DNA of 64,000 nucleotides, from assembly GCA_964409615.1 (NCBI GenBank), contig CAYPDT010000001.1:243880-307879 (forward strand). Direction: 5' to 3'. This document shows, in pieces, positions 1 to 8,591 of this stretch (position 1 is the stretch's first letter; each line of letters begins with the position of its first letter). Made by a program: the position numbers and the translations under genes. The notes beneath the pieces were generated by a model. The model searched no databases, was not told the DNA's origin, and saw only the letters and a list, made by a program, of their open reading frames with translations. This DNA is from an uncultured Candidatus Saccharibacteria bacterium (GTDB lineage Bacteria; Patescibacteriota; Saccharimonadia; Saccharimonadales; AWTP1-31).

Positions 1-1
1 G

Positions 2-1531
2 CTAACCCGTAACTCTTCGGTGCTTGGAACTTCCGAGCTAGCTGCGCTGTACCACTTTCCTTACGGGGAGCATATGCAGTCAGAAGATATGGTTAAGTCA
101 GTGGCAAAAACACTGCCAGCCCCATTGTCTATGAAGAATCACGCTAATGCTGCCGACTACGATATTGTTCTAGGAACTAATAATCACCATGGTAGCCGCA
201 CCGCTATTGGCTTAACGGCCAAGGAACGAGAAAAGCATGTCTATCTCATTGGTGGTACTGGCAACGGCAAGACCACCATGCTGGAGTACGCGTTACTCCA
301 AGACATCAAGGCCGGTAAGGGCGTGGCTTTTATTGACCCCCATGGTGATGCTGCCCAAAAGCTTCTTAAGTACATCCCCGAGGAGCGCATTAAGGATGTG
401 GTCTACTTAAACCCTCGAGATATTAAGCACCCGATTGGCCTCAATCTCCTGGAGCTACCTGAGGGACTCGACGAAGATGAACTGCTGGTCGAACAGGAGC
501 GTGTGACTGAAGCGGTTGTGTCAGTACTACGGAAAGTCTTTGCCGATGATGATGCTAATGCCCACCGCATCGAAGGCATGCTCCGCAATACCATTAGGAC
601 GGCGTTTAGCACTGAAAACCCGACATTATTTACCTGTTTAGAGCTACTGCGTAACGGTGAGTTTCGCAATAAAGTGGTGGCAAAACTCACAGACGCACAC
701 CTAAAAGACTTCTGGCGAGAAGAGTTTGGTAAAGCTGGCGGCATGCAACGGGTAAGTATGACAAAAGGACTAACTCACCGCTTAGATCGTTTTGATGGTT
801 CGCAGTTCGTAAACCGTATGATGAGTCAAACGAAATCTACCATTAGCTTCGAGGATATTATTGACACTGGGAAGATCCTTATCTGTAACTTTAGTACTGA
901 CATGGGTGAAGATACCGCAACGTTGTTTGGTACAACTGTATTGGCTAAACTCAAGATTGCCGCCGAACGACGCCACAACCAGCCCGAAGCTCAGCGTAAG
1001 CCCTTTTACGTTTACGTAGATGAGTTCCAGAACTTTGCGACTACGCCGTTTGTGAAGATGCTGTCTGCTTCACGCAAATACAAGCTATTCTTAACCATTG
1101 CCGAACAATCTGCCGCTCAACAGGAAGAACAACGCTTAACGGAAGCGATCCTGGCCAACGTCAGTACAATTGTGTGCTTTGGATTGGGCAGCCCATTCGA
1201 TGAGCGGTTGTTGCTTGGCCGGTATGAACCTTGGCTTGAGAAAGGCAATTTACTCAACCAACCGGCTTACAACTTTTATCTACGAGTAAAGGCCGAGGAG
1301 CCAATGGAGCCGGTTTCCGGGGAGACTATAGTACTAGATAGTGCGGAAGGCAGTGAACGACGTGCTGAAGAGGTCATATCAGCCTCCAGAGAGAACTATG
1401 CGGTTGAATGGAAAAGTTATATGCCCAGCAGGGCAAAGGACGCCTCCAAACAACCCGACGTCAAAGTAGCTAACAGTAGGGAGGGTGCTGAGAAGAGTGT
1501 AGATTTTCAAGCTAGAGCGCTGGATGCTTAA
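2..1531 (+). CDS. Type IV secretion coupling-protein-like ATPase (TraG/TraD/VirD4 family), 5' end cut by window edge
   Basis: The reading frame is open from nt 2. Walker A is GGTGNGKTT and a Walker-B-like segment is FYVYVDEFQNF. Size and layout match conjugative coupling ATPases. Confidence 0.6.
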   Translation, partial: LTRNSSVLGTSELAALYHFPYGEHMQSEDMVKSVAKTLPAPLSMKNHANAADYDIVLGTNNHHGSRTAIGLTAKEREKHVYLIGGTGNGKTTMLEYALLQDIKAGKGVAFIDPHGDAAQKLLKYIPEERIKDVVYLNPRDIKHPIGLNLLELPEGLDEDELLVEQERVTEAVVSVLRKVFADDDANAHRIEGMLRNTIRTAFSTENPTLFTCLELLRNGEFRNKVVAKLTDAHLKDFWREEFGKAGGMQRVSMTKGLTHRLDRFDGSQFVNRMMSQTKSTISFEDIIDTGKILICNFSTDMGEDTATLFGTTVLAKLKIAAERRHNQPEAQRKPFYVYVDEFQNFATTPFVKMLSASRKYKLFLTIAEQSAAQQEEQRLTEAILANVSTIVCFGLGSPFDERLLLGRYEPWLEKGNLLNQPAYNFYLRVKAEEPMEPVSGETIVLDSAEGSERRAEEVISASRENYAVEWKSYMPSRAKDASKQPDVKVANSREGAEKSVDFQARALDA

Positions 1532-1600
1532 CAGTTTAATAGAGAATTGATAGCAACTAGATTATTCGGAAGTTACTAGTAACAGCTCGACCAAATTGTG

Positions 1601-3076
1601 CTAGTTCCGTTTAGCGGCGATAGAGTAGCCGATGGCAGACAAACCAAGTAGTGTGGCGATAACCACGCCAAGTAGAGATACTGAATTGATGCCGGTGTTT
1701 GGTGCGGCAGCATTAGTGCCAGCATTTGCATTGGTGGTTGTAGCTGAGCAGACAGCACCTTCGAATTGGTAGGCACCAACAGATGGACAAGAATTACGGG
1801 CTACACCACGAGCATCGGTAGATATGCCTAAGACCTGACCACCGGCGTTAATTGCCGGACTACCTGCCAATAAGGCCATGGTTGGTACAACACCACCATT
1901 GTCCTGCAGCGGGCCGAGAGTGCTGAAAAGATTGGCAAGATTTTGTTGGTCGCCGGGTTGGGTAAAGGTGGTACACGTACTATCGTCGGATAAATTATGG
2001 CCGTCGGAAATAATCCCGGTAGTAACCGTGCCTGTCAGGCCACCAAATGCCGCATTACCATTTAATTCAGCACAGTTGGACGATACATTATCGCTGATAT
2101 TATTGGTGAGCAGGCTATTTTCGACGTTCATAGTAACGGACGAGGTGTGCGGTGTCGCCGCTGCTCCACCGGTGAAGAAGGCCACTGAATTTTCACCAAT
2201 CGAACCAGTACTTCCGTCAAGTCCGACAACTGTTACGTTTTTTACAATCACACTGATGGTGGTATCACCGCTCAACGCCGCACCAATGCTTCCAAATCCT
2301 AGCGCTGCTGCAGAAGCAGTTATGTTATTAATAGTTGTATTGTAGACATTTGCATTTACCGTGCCGGTTCCGGCTATTAGGACAAAGAAGGCTCCGGCAT
2401 CGCCAGCAGAGTTATGTATATTTGCTACCGTAGTATTCTGTATATTGGCCGTAGGTGTAGAGGTATTAAAGGCATATACCCCACTAGTTGCCGCGGCGTC
2501 TAGATCATGAATATAGACGTTATTAGCTGTCGTGGTAACATTGGCCGCTGCGGAGTTGCCCAGTTCCACACCCTTTAATTGGTTCCCCGTTGGCAGGGCG
2601 TTAGTGCCATCTATTTCAATGTTTGATAGTGTCACACTGCCATTGGTGCTGATAATTCCTTGCCCAAGATAGCTGGCTATTTTCAAGTCCTGGACAGTAA
2701 CGACAGCCGTAGAACTGTTGATGCGAATTGTGCGATATTGCCCAGCATTTCCATCAATTGTCGTCTGGCTCATCCCAGCTCCCTGGATCTTGACCGACAC
2801 CGATATTGTCGGTGAATCTGCTGTTAACGTCTGCGTGCCTGCAGGTATGGTAATGGTGTCATTGGTTCCATAGCCGTCTGGTGAGACTGTAGCTGTGCAG
2901 CCGGATTGATTAGAACCGGCATTAACCGAGTCAATCGCGATTGGCAGGGTACAGCCACCGGTGACGTTAAGGGTTGCCGCATGCGCCCGACCGGAACCAG
3001 AAGCAAGCACCGCCAGGAAGGCGAATGTTGCGAGGATTAGTTTGTTTGTTTTTGTTAGATTCAGAATACTGATCAT
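1601..3076 (-). CDS. Sortase-anchored surface protein, beta-helix-like repeats, APNTG sorting signal (paralog 1)
   Basis: Signal peptide (..GSGRAHA/ATLNV) followed by a G/N/T-rich repeat core. The C-terminal module is GHNLSDDSTC..DARGVAR..GAYQFEG (choice-of-anchor-Q-like). It ends with APNTG, a hydrophobic helix and a KRN tail. Confidence 0.75.
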   Translation of the reverse strand: MISILNLTKTNKLILATFAFLAVLASGSGRAHAATLNVTGGCTLPIAIDSVNAGSNQSGCTATVSPDGYGTNDTITIPAGTQTLTADSPTISVSVKIQGAGMSQTTIDGNAGQYRTIRINSSTAVVTVQDLKIASYLGQGIISTNGSVTLSNIEIDGTNALPTGNQLKGVELGNSAAANVTTTANNVYIHDLDAAATSGVYAFNTSTPTANIQNTTVANIHNSAGDAGAFFVLIAGTGTVNANVYNTTINNITASAAALGFGSIGAALSGDTTISVIVKNVTVVGLDGSTGSIGENSVAFFTGGAAATPHTSSVTMNVENSLLTNNISDNVSSNCAELNGNAAFGGLTGTVTTGIISDGHNLSDDSTCTTFTQPGDQQNLANLFSTLGPLQDNGGVVPTMALLAGSPAINAGGQVLGISTDARGVARNSCPSVGAYQFEGAVCSATTTNANAGTNAAAPNTGINSVSLLGVVIATLLGLSAIGYSIAAKRN

Positions 3077-3114
3077 GGAGTAATTCCTTTATACATCGTT
3101 TTAGCTTTACCGGT

Positions 3115-3143
3115 ATTCTACCCCCCCCTGAGATACAAAGCAA
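3115..3143 (-). promoter_or_regulatory. Putative sigma70-type promoter TTGCTT-N17-TAGAAT with a G8 tract in the spacer
   Basis: Read on the minus strand, -35 is at 3138-3143 and -10 at 3115-3120. The spacer is 9 nt plus G8 (3121-3128 on the plus strand as C8). Confidence 0.45.
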
Positions 3144-3294
3144 GAAACTAGCTCTAAAGATCATCACTGAGTATCTCCGAGACATCTACGTGGCGTTGGC
3201 AGTCTTCGATACTCCGTCAAGCCAAGGTGATGGCGAGGATTCGCTCAAAGTCAGTCTGTGCTGCAGCCAAGTCTTCATCATAAGTTACCAATAA

Positions 3295-3981
3295 TCACGA
3301 CTGTGCTTCGGCGACAACTATCACTCGAGAATCGTAAGTTTTGCTGGCCTTGTCGAATCTACCAGTACAGGTTATCAAGTTAAGTTGCTTTGCAATGGTA
3401 TTGTGACGGACAAACAGCGCCGTATCGGCTTCTTTAGTAGTAACCCTCTGCACTTTCCTGATTTTGAACCTACGGACACTTTTATCACCGAAAGTTACGG
3501 TAAAGGCATCACCGGCTTTTAGCCTACCAAGGCTATAGAATATCCCTTTGGCGTACAGCCCATGTACATGCCCGTCAATAATACTGAGGCCAGCATCACC
3601 AGGCAAGGAGCCCTTGGTGTACCAGCCAGCCATATTAACATTACTAGGGACTACCATCTGGTTATCTTTGTCTACGCCTACTTGCTGAATAAAGCCTTCT
3701 GTTTTGATAGTTGGCAGCTGAATGGATAGTGGCTTATCTGCTGGGACACTGTAATTATCTGGTACTGGCTGTTCGCTGGGAGTGTCGGTGGATTCTGTTG
3801 CTACGGTGTGTCCAGTCGGTACACCGGCATGTTGAATGAAGTACCAGTTTCGTATTGCATTCAGGCCAACGCCAACAAGTAATATGCCTACTATGAATAA
3901 CGCAAAGCGAATATTTCGTTGATTCTTAGAGACTGCTCCACGCTTTGATAATCTATTGCTACGCTTCTTGTGCCGAACCAT
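3295..3981 (-). CDS. Sortase (class E/F-like transpeptidase)
   Basis: N-terminal basic segment plus one TM helix. Conserved His (IIDGHVHG), catalytic Cys motif LITCTG, and conserved Arg (SRVIVVA). Confidence 0.8.
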   Translation of the reverse strand: MVRHKKRSNRLSKRGAVSKNQRNIRFALFIVGILLVGVGLNAIRNWYFIQHAGVPTGHTVATESTDTPSEQPVPDNYSVPADKPLSIQLPTIKTEGFIQQVGVDKDNQMVVPSNVNMAGWYTKGSLPGDAGLSIIDGHVHGLYAKGIFYSLGRLKAGDAFTVTFGDKSVRRFKIRKVQRVTTKEADTALFVRHNTIAKQLNLITCTGRFDKASKTYDSRVIVVAEAQS

Positions 3982-3996
3982 AGGTACTAATATAGA

Positions 3997-5475
3997 CTAG
4001 CTCGAGCGTTGTTGCTTGCGGAATACGTATGTTAGTAGTCCAATGCCAAGCATGCTGGCAAGTACATTGAGTATTTGTGCTATAGATCCAACACCCGTGT
4101 TTGGAGCTCCTGCGTTACTACCGCCAGATGCAGATGGAGTAGAAGCACCGCAGACAGCACCTTCGAATTGGTAGGCACCTACAGATGAGCATTCATCTGG
4201 GCGTGCTACGCCACGGGCGTCAGTGGTGACACCTAGAACTTGTCCACCAGCAGCGATAGCTGGAGAACCTGGCAAAAGAGCTCGTGTTGGAACTGCTCCG
4301 CCGTTATTCTGGAGTGGACCGAGAGTGGATAGTATGTTGCTGACATTTTGCTGATCACCTGATTGGTTGAAGGATGAGCAGCTGTCATCGTCTGAAATGT
4401 TATGGCCGAACGATAGAAGTGATAGATTCACTGTGCCCGGGCTACTGAACGTCGTGAGTGTACAGTTGGCAGCTGAGCCCATATGCGTATTACCCGCTAA
4501 TAGCGCATTGCCAACTGACAACGTTACACTTGCAGTTCTCGCATTCCCCGCCATACCACCAACGAATAAGGCGCTACTAGTCTGGCCATACTGCCCTAGC
4601 GCGGCCCCCGCGACATTAGTTACTGTTATATTTTGGAGTACGGTACTGAATACTGAATCACTACTATTTGCTCCACCTACATTTGCGAATCCAATCGCTG
4701 TATGCGCAGCCTCTAGGTTATCGATCGTAGTATTTACAATGCGAGAATTGACGGTACCGACTCCCATTACAAGAAATCCAAATACATCTCCACCACTGTT
4801 CGTGAGATTTGAGATAGTGGTATTCGATATGTCTATGGTACTTGATAAGCCATCTTGCAATTGAGTCTGAATACCGTGGACTATCCCTGATGTTGATGCT
4901 AAGTCATGAATGTATAGGTTATTGGTAGTTATACTATTGTCAACACCTTGGCTGTTCCCTAGCCACAATCCCCAGAGGGGTCCGCTATCAGGCTGAGCTT
5001 CGCCACCATCCACCTCAATATTTTCGAGCGTGAGAGCCCCTCCGTCATTCCATATACCTGCCCCAAAAAACTCTACAATGGTCATACCCTTTAATCTGAT
5101 ATTATCATTCGGGCTTTCAATATTAAAAGGTGCGTACAGTCCACTATCACCACTGATTACGGTCTGTCCCATACCTGCCCCCTGGATAGTCACCGATTCG
5201 GTTATGGCAGGCAAATCTGCTGTCAACGTAATCGTCCCCGCAGGAATAGTAATTGTATCGTTCGTGCCGTACCCACTAGGAGATACCGCGGCCGTACAAC
5301 CAGATTGGTTGGCACCTGCATTCACCGAATTAATAGCAATAGGAAGCGTACATCCGCCCGTGACGTTAAGGGTCGCTGCATGCGCCCGACCCGAACCAAA
5401 GGCAAGCACTGCCAAGAAGACGAAAGCTGCCAGGACTAGTTTGTTTGTTTTTGTCAGGTTCAGAATATTGAGCAT
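3997..5475 (-). CDS. Sortase-anchored surface protein, beta-helix-like repeats, APNTG sorting signal (paralog 2)
   Basis: The N-terminal ~90 aa and C-terminal ~130 aa are near-identical to the 1601..3076 product, while the core is divergent. It ends with APNTG, a hydrophobic helix and an RKQQRSS tail. Confidence 0.75.
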   Translation of the reverse strand: MLNILNLTKTNKLVLAAFVFLAVLAFGSGRAHAATLNVTGGCTLPIAINSVNAGANQSGCTAAVSPSGYGTNDTITIPAGTITLTADLPAITESVTIQGAGMGQTVISGDSGLYAPFNIESPNDNIRLKGMTIVEFFGAGIWNDGGALTLENIEVDGGEAQPDSGPLWGLWLGNSQGVDNSITTNNLYIHDLASTSGIVHGIQTQLQDGLSSTIDISNTTISNLTNSGGDVFGFLVMGVGTVNSRIVNTTIDNLEAAHTAIGFANVGGANSSDSVFSTVLQNITVTNVAGAALGQYGQTSSALFVGGMAGNARTASVTLSVGNALLAGNTHMGSAANCTLTTFSSPGTVNLSLLSFGHNISDDDSCSSFNQSGDQQNVSNILSTLGPLQNNGGAVPTRALLPGSPAIAAGGQVLGVTTDARGVARPDECSSVGAYQFEGAVCGASTPSASGGSNAGAPNTGVGSIAQILNVLASMLGIGLLTYVFRKQQRSS

Positions 5476-5512
5476 TGAAGTAGTTCCTTATATTATTTAT
5501 AGCGTTACCGGT

Positions 5513-5542
5513 ATTGTACCCCCCCCCGAATATAGTGCGCAA
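5513..5542 (-). promoter_or_regulatory. Putative promoter TTGCGC-N18-TACAAT with a G9 tract in the spacer
   Basis: Read on the minus strand, -35 is at 5537-5542 and -10 at 5513-5518. The spacer is 9 nt plus G9 (5519-5527 on the plus strand as C9). Confidence 0.4.
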
Positions 5543-5634
5543 ATTTTTGTATAAAATCATGTCTCTTTCCCCTAGAAACAGACCAACCATTATTTGCTTT
5601 GCAAACACTGGTTACAAGATAAGGACTTCACATG

Positions 5635-6414
5635 CTAACGTTCTATAGTTAGAAACTCAAATTTTATAGTTACCCAGTTATTGTCTAGCTCTCGTTTAGT
5701 CAAGTTCTGTAATCTTCGCTCCAGTATTTTTGTTTCACAAGCTATAAGTACAACTGGAAAGTCGCGTTCGGTGACTTTCTGCCACTTTTCTGACTCCGCA
5801 TAGGTAATGTAGCGTCTGATGCTGTTCTTGATCCTCCAGTAGGGCGCACTGGCCTCATAGAAGCTCAGGAAATAGTCTGGGGCAATTAGTTGGAGCTTGT
5901 TCGTGCCTCCATTGTCAGTAATCTCTTCGTTCTTTTGTAGGTAGGCATCCGTAAGGTCTCTTGGGAGCTTGTACTTCAAGCTAGGCAGTTCAGTCTTGCT
6001 GAAGAACTGAAATTGCTTGGGGTAATTTTGTTTAATAAATACGTACGCCTTAAAGACGTTCAGTCTGTGTTGGATATGACCATCGTCTTTGTTCTTGTCG
6101 TAGTAGATTTGTTTGAGTGCGTTTGGATCTGCAAATGGTTGCTGTCTGAGTACCTGTATTCCTTTGGGAAGTAAGTGATAAGTAGCTGGTTTACCGATGA
6201 TCTTATAGCTTTTGTCATAGTTCTGACCAATATAGCCTTGATCTACTAATATCTTTAGTCTTGTTAGTATTACTCTGGTATGTTTAGCTCCCTGACTTGA
6301 GGCAATGATTTGAGCTGTTATATAGCGAAATTTATATAGTGTAGTGAGTAGTTGAAGTTGATGTGAGTTTATGGGTCGATGTTTAGTGTTGGTGGGTTGT
6401 GGTGTTGTGTTCAT
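5635..6414 (-). CDS. Hypothetical protein, possibly replication-relaxation family (winged-helix N-terminus)
   Basis: The N-terminal segment LQLLTTLYKFRYITAQIIASS..RLKILVDQGYI resembles a winged-helix DNA-binding domain. It lies between surface-protein genes and a recombinase. The family call is tentative. Confidence 0.35.
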   Translation of the reverse strand: MNTTPQPTNTKHRPINSHQLQLLTTLYKFRYITAQIIASSQGAKHTRVILTRLKILVDQGYIGQNYDKSYKIIGKPATYHLLPKGIQVLRQQPFADPNALKQIYYDKNKDDGHIQHRLNVFKAYVFIKQNYPKQFQFFSKTELPSLKYKLPRDLTDAYLQKNEEITDNGGTNKLQLIAPDYFLSFYEASAPYWRIKNSIRRYITYAESEKWQKVTERDFPVVLIACETKILERRLQNLTKRELDNNWVTIKFEFLTIER

Positions 6415-6601
6415 AGTAAGTTTTTATACGCCTATCTATGTTAATAGATATATAAGTAAAGATGCAAGCCATTAACTCCTTGAGATTTAACTCTTATATA
6501 TCCTATCGGCAGGATATCCACAGTTGTATTTAATACCTTGATAATATACTTGTAGGTATACTTATTAGTGGTATATACTAAGCTTATAAGTGGGGGTAGT
6601 C

Positions 6602-6769
6602 ATGATACAGACAGAACCAATACAACCCAGTCCAGAGGACACTTCCGAAGCGCCGTTATCAGATAACGAGCGCATCGATCTCATCGCTAACTTACTTTTA
6701 GATTACTTAGACGAAGAGCAGTCGGGAGAAAAGGGGTCATGCAAGACGACGCAAACAAAAATGCTGTAG
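6602..6769 (+). CDS. Small acidic ORF (55 aa) overlapping the recombinase start; doubtful
   Basis: ATG at 6602 preceded by GTGGGGG; product MIQTEPIQPSPEDTSEAPLSDNERIDLIANLLLDYLDEEQSGEKG.. It overlaps the recombinase start by 31 nt, is below the ORF-track size cut-off, and shows no recognisable motif. Confidence 0.2.
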   Translation: MIQTEPIQPSPEDTSEAPLSDNERIDLIANLLLDYLDEEQSGEKGSCKTTQTKML

Positions 6770-8454
6770 CTGCTATTCGTGTCTCGACCACCAAGCAGGG
6801 TACTGAGGGTGACTCACCTGAAGCTCAGAAAGAACAAATAGAGCGTTTTGCTTTAACCCGTGGCATCACCATAAAAAAGTTTTTCGTGTTTTTGGAATCC
6901 GCTAGTAAAGAACAACAACCGATGCAGGAAGCCATTGATTACTGCAAGAATCCCAAGAACGGGATCGAGCTGTTTATCATAAAATCGATCGATCGTTTTA
7001 CTCGCGGCGGATCGCTTTCGTACGACCTACTCAAAAACCAGCTGGAAGCAAATAGCGTGTCATTGGTAGACATTTACGGCGTGATTAGTTCTCGGCAGGT
7101 GAATACCCTAGAACACCTCGGTTTTGAATATAAGTGGAGTAAATACTCACCAAGTAAGAAGTCCGAGATATTAGAGGCTGAACGCTCCAAGGATGAGCTA
7201 AGAGACATTATGAGCCGTATGATTGGGGCTGAGATTCGCTATACCCAACTAGGTTTCTGGATGCGACAACCGCCGTTCGGTTTTGTCAGTGAAAAAGTCG
7301 AAACAAATAACGGCAAACGCTGCATCTTACGACCACACCCGACTGAAGCCCAATACATTACTAAGATTTTCGATCTTCGAGCCCGTGGCACTATGCGCGA
7401 TATGGAGATTGTTGAGGAAGTTAATAAACTTGGTTATCGAGGACGAGTGCAATATGTCCGAGATAAGAGTGATCGGTCTAAAGTTTTAAAGAAACGTGGA
7501 GGCGACCCCTTAACCCTCAAAGCCTTGGATCGTATTGTCTCTAATCCAATCTATGCTGGGATTAATGCCGAGAAATGGACTGACGGGAAACCAGTGCAGT
7601 GCGCTTTTGACGGGCTCGTATCTATCGACCAGTTTAACCGCGCGAACAAAGGTAAGAAGATCATCACCAAAGATGATCAAGGCGACATTTTCATCATCAA
7701 CAGAGCGCCAGAGCCACGCTACGCAGTCATCAAAGGCACTCGCAATCCTGATTTTCCATACCGCAAGTTTGTTCTGTGCCCAGAGTGCCATAGACCGCTA
7801 ATTGGCAGCGCATCGCGGGGTAAGTCCGGTAAACATTATCCAGCTTATCACTGTGATAAACGCGGCCATTATTTTCGTGTACCTAAAAAGGAACTGGAGG
7901 ATAGAGTGAATGAATTTATAAACGGTATTCGTGTCTCGCCGGAGCAGGTCGATAAAGTTTTGGCTGTTATTGAAGCCGAGTGGAAGAAGCGGGAACAGGC
8001 GCTCAAACAAGAGGTTGAGACGCTTGATAGCCACATACTGGGCTTACGTACCGAAATTGACATGACTGGAAGCAAGATTAAGCTCGTGAGCAACGAGACA
8101 GCAATTAAATACATAGAGGAGGACATTGTGCGTATAGAACAACAAATTAAAGAGCTGGAGGCTACGAAGATGAAGAAGATAAACCGTAAACCCATTAATT
8201 GGCAGGGTCTGAAAGCTAGGGTTCGCTACCTGGCGGAACACTTTGATGAGCTACTACTACAACAGATTGATCCGGTCAAAAAAGCTCAATTTTTTGCTGC
8301 ATTATTCAATAAATTTCCAACATTTGAAGATCTAGCCAGCGGAACACCCGGCAAGCCAAACTTTACAGGGGTGAATCCAATATTTTCTCTTGCTAAATTA
8401 CCTACTACCCATTTGGTGACCTCACGGGGAATCGAACCCCGATTGCCGGGATGA
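6739..8454 (+). CDS. Large serine recombinase
   Basis: N-terminal resolvase domain with the catalytic Ser context AAIRVSTTKQ. A recombinase domain follows, then a Cys/His zinc-ribbon (CPECHRPL..YHCDKRGH) and a C-terminal coiled coil. The last ~14 codons are antisense to tRNA-Glu. Confidence 0.9.
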   Translation: MQDDANKNAVAAIRVSTTKQGTEGDSPEAQKEQIERFALTRGITIKKFFVFLESASKEQQPMQEAIDYCKNPKNGIELFIIKSIDRFTRGGSLSYDLLKNQLEANSVSLVDIYGVISSRQVNTLEHLGFEYKWSKYSPSKKSEILEAERSKDELRDIMSRMIGAEIRYTQLGFWMRQPPFGFVSEKVETNNGKRCILRPHPTEAQYITKIFDLRARGTMRDMEIVEEVNKLGYRGRVQYVRDKSDRSKVLKKRGGDPLTLKALDRIVSNPIYAGINAEKWTDGKPVQCAFDGLVSIDQFNRANKGKKIITKDDQGDIFIINRAPEPRYAVIKGTRNPDFPYRKFVLCPECHRPLIGSASRGKSGKHYPAYHCDKRGHYFRVPKKELEDRVNEFINGIRVSPEQVDKVLAVIEAEWKKREQALKQEVETLDSHILGLRTEIDMTGSKIKLVSNETAIKYIEEDIVRIEQQIKELEATKMKKINRKPINWQGLKARVRYLAEHFDELLLQQIDPVKKAQFFAALFNKFPTFEDLASGTPGKPNFTGVNPIFSLAKLPTTHLVTSRGIEPRLPG

Positions 8455-8488
8455 AAACCCGATTTCCTAACCGTTAGAAGATGAGGCC
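8414..8488 (-). tRNA. tRNA-Glu (anticodon TTC), CCA encoded
   Basis: Manual cloverleaf: acceptor GGCCTCA/TGAGGTC, D arm TTCT/GGAA, anticodon stem TCGGG/CCCGG with loop TTTTCAT, T arm CGGGG-TTCGATT-CCCCG, then ACCA. Confidence 0.85.
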
Positions 8489-8591
8489 TTCTTATGTCAT
8501 GACCAGTCTTTGTACCCTGGCTTAGATGACAAATAAAGGAACCTGAAGATTATAACATAACAGAGACAGAATTGAAATAGACTACCAATTT

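Larger units (their letters stand above)
1..8488. mobile_element. Candidate integrative (conjugative/mobilizable) element, right boundary at tRNA-Glu; left boundary outside window
   Basis: Holds a TraG/VirD4-like ATPase, a replication-relaxation-like gene and a large serine recombinase. The recombinase ORF ends inside the 3' half of a minus-strand tRNA-Glu, the classic tRNA-3'-end integration geometry. Confidence 0.5.

Noticed and set aside
1601-5475. Diversity-generating retroelement as the source of the variable cores
   Set aside because: There is no reverse transcriptase gene or template-repeat/variable-repeat pair in the window. The divergence spans hundreds of codons and is not adenine-specific.
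1878-5554. Long plus-strand ORFs (1878..2345, 4367..4864, 5030..5554) inside the beta-helix surface-protein genes
   Set aside because: They are entirely antisense to much longer minus-strand ORFs that have a signal peptide, domain motifs and a sorting signal. Their products are low-complexity, with no start context or SD. Repeat-rich, stop-poor coding sequence typically produces such mirror ORFs.
2967-5608. ORFs 2967..3185 and 5366..5608, conserved between the two paralog loci
   Set aside because: The segmental duplication explains the conservation. They span the promoter, the 5' UTR and the signal-peptide-coding start of the real genes in another frame, and they include the homopolymer tract.
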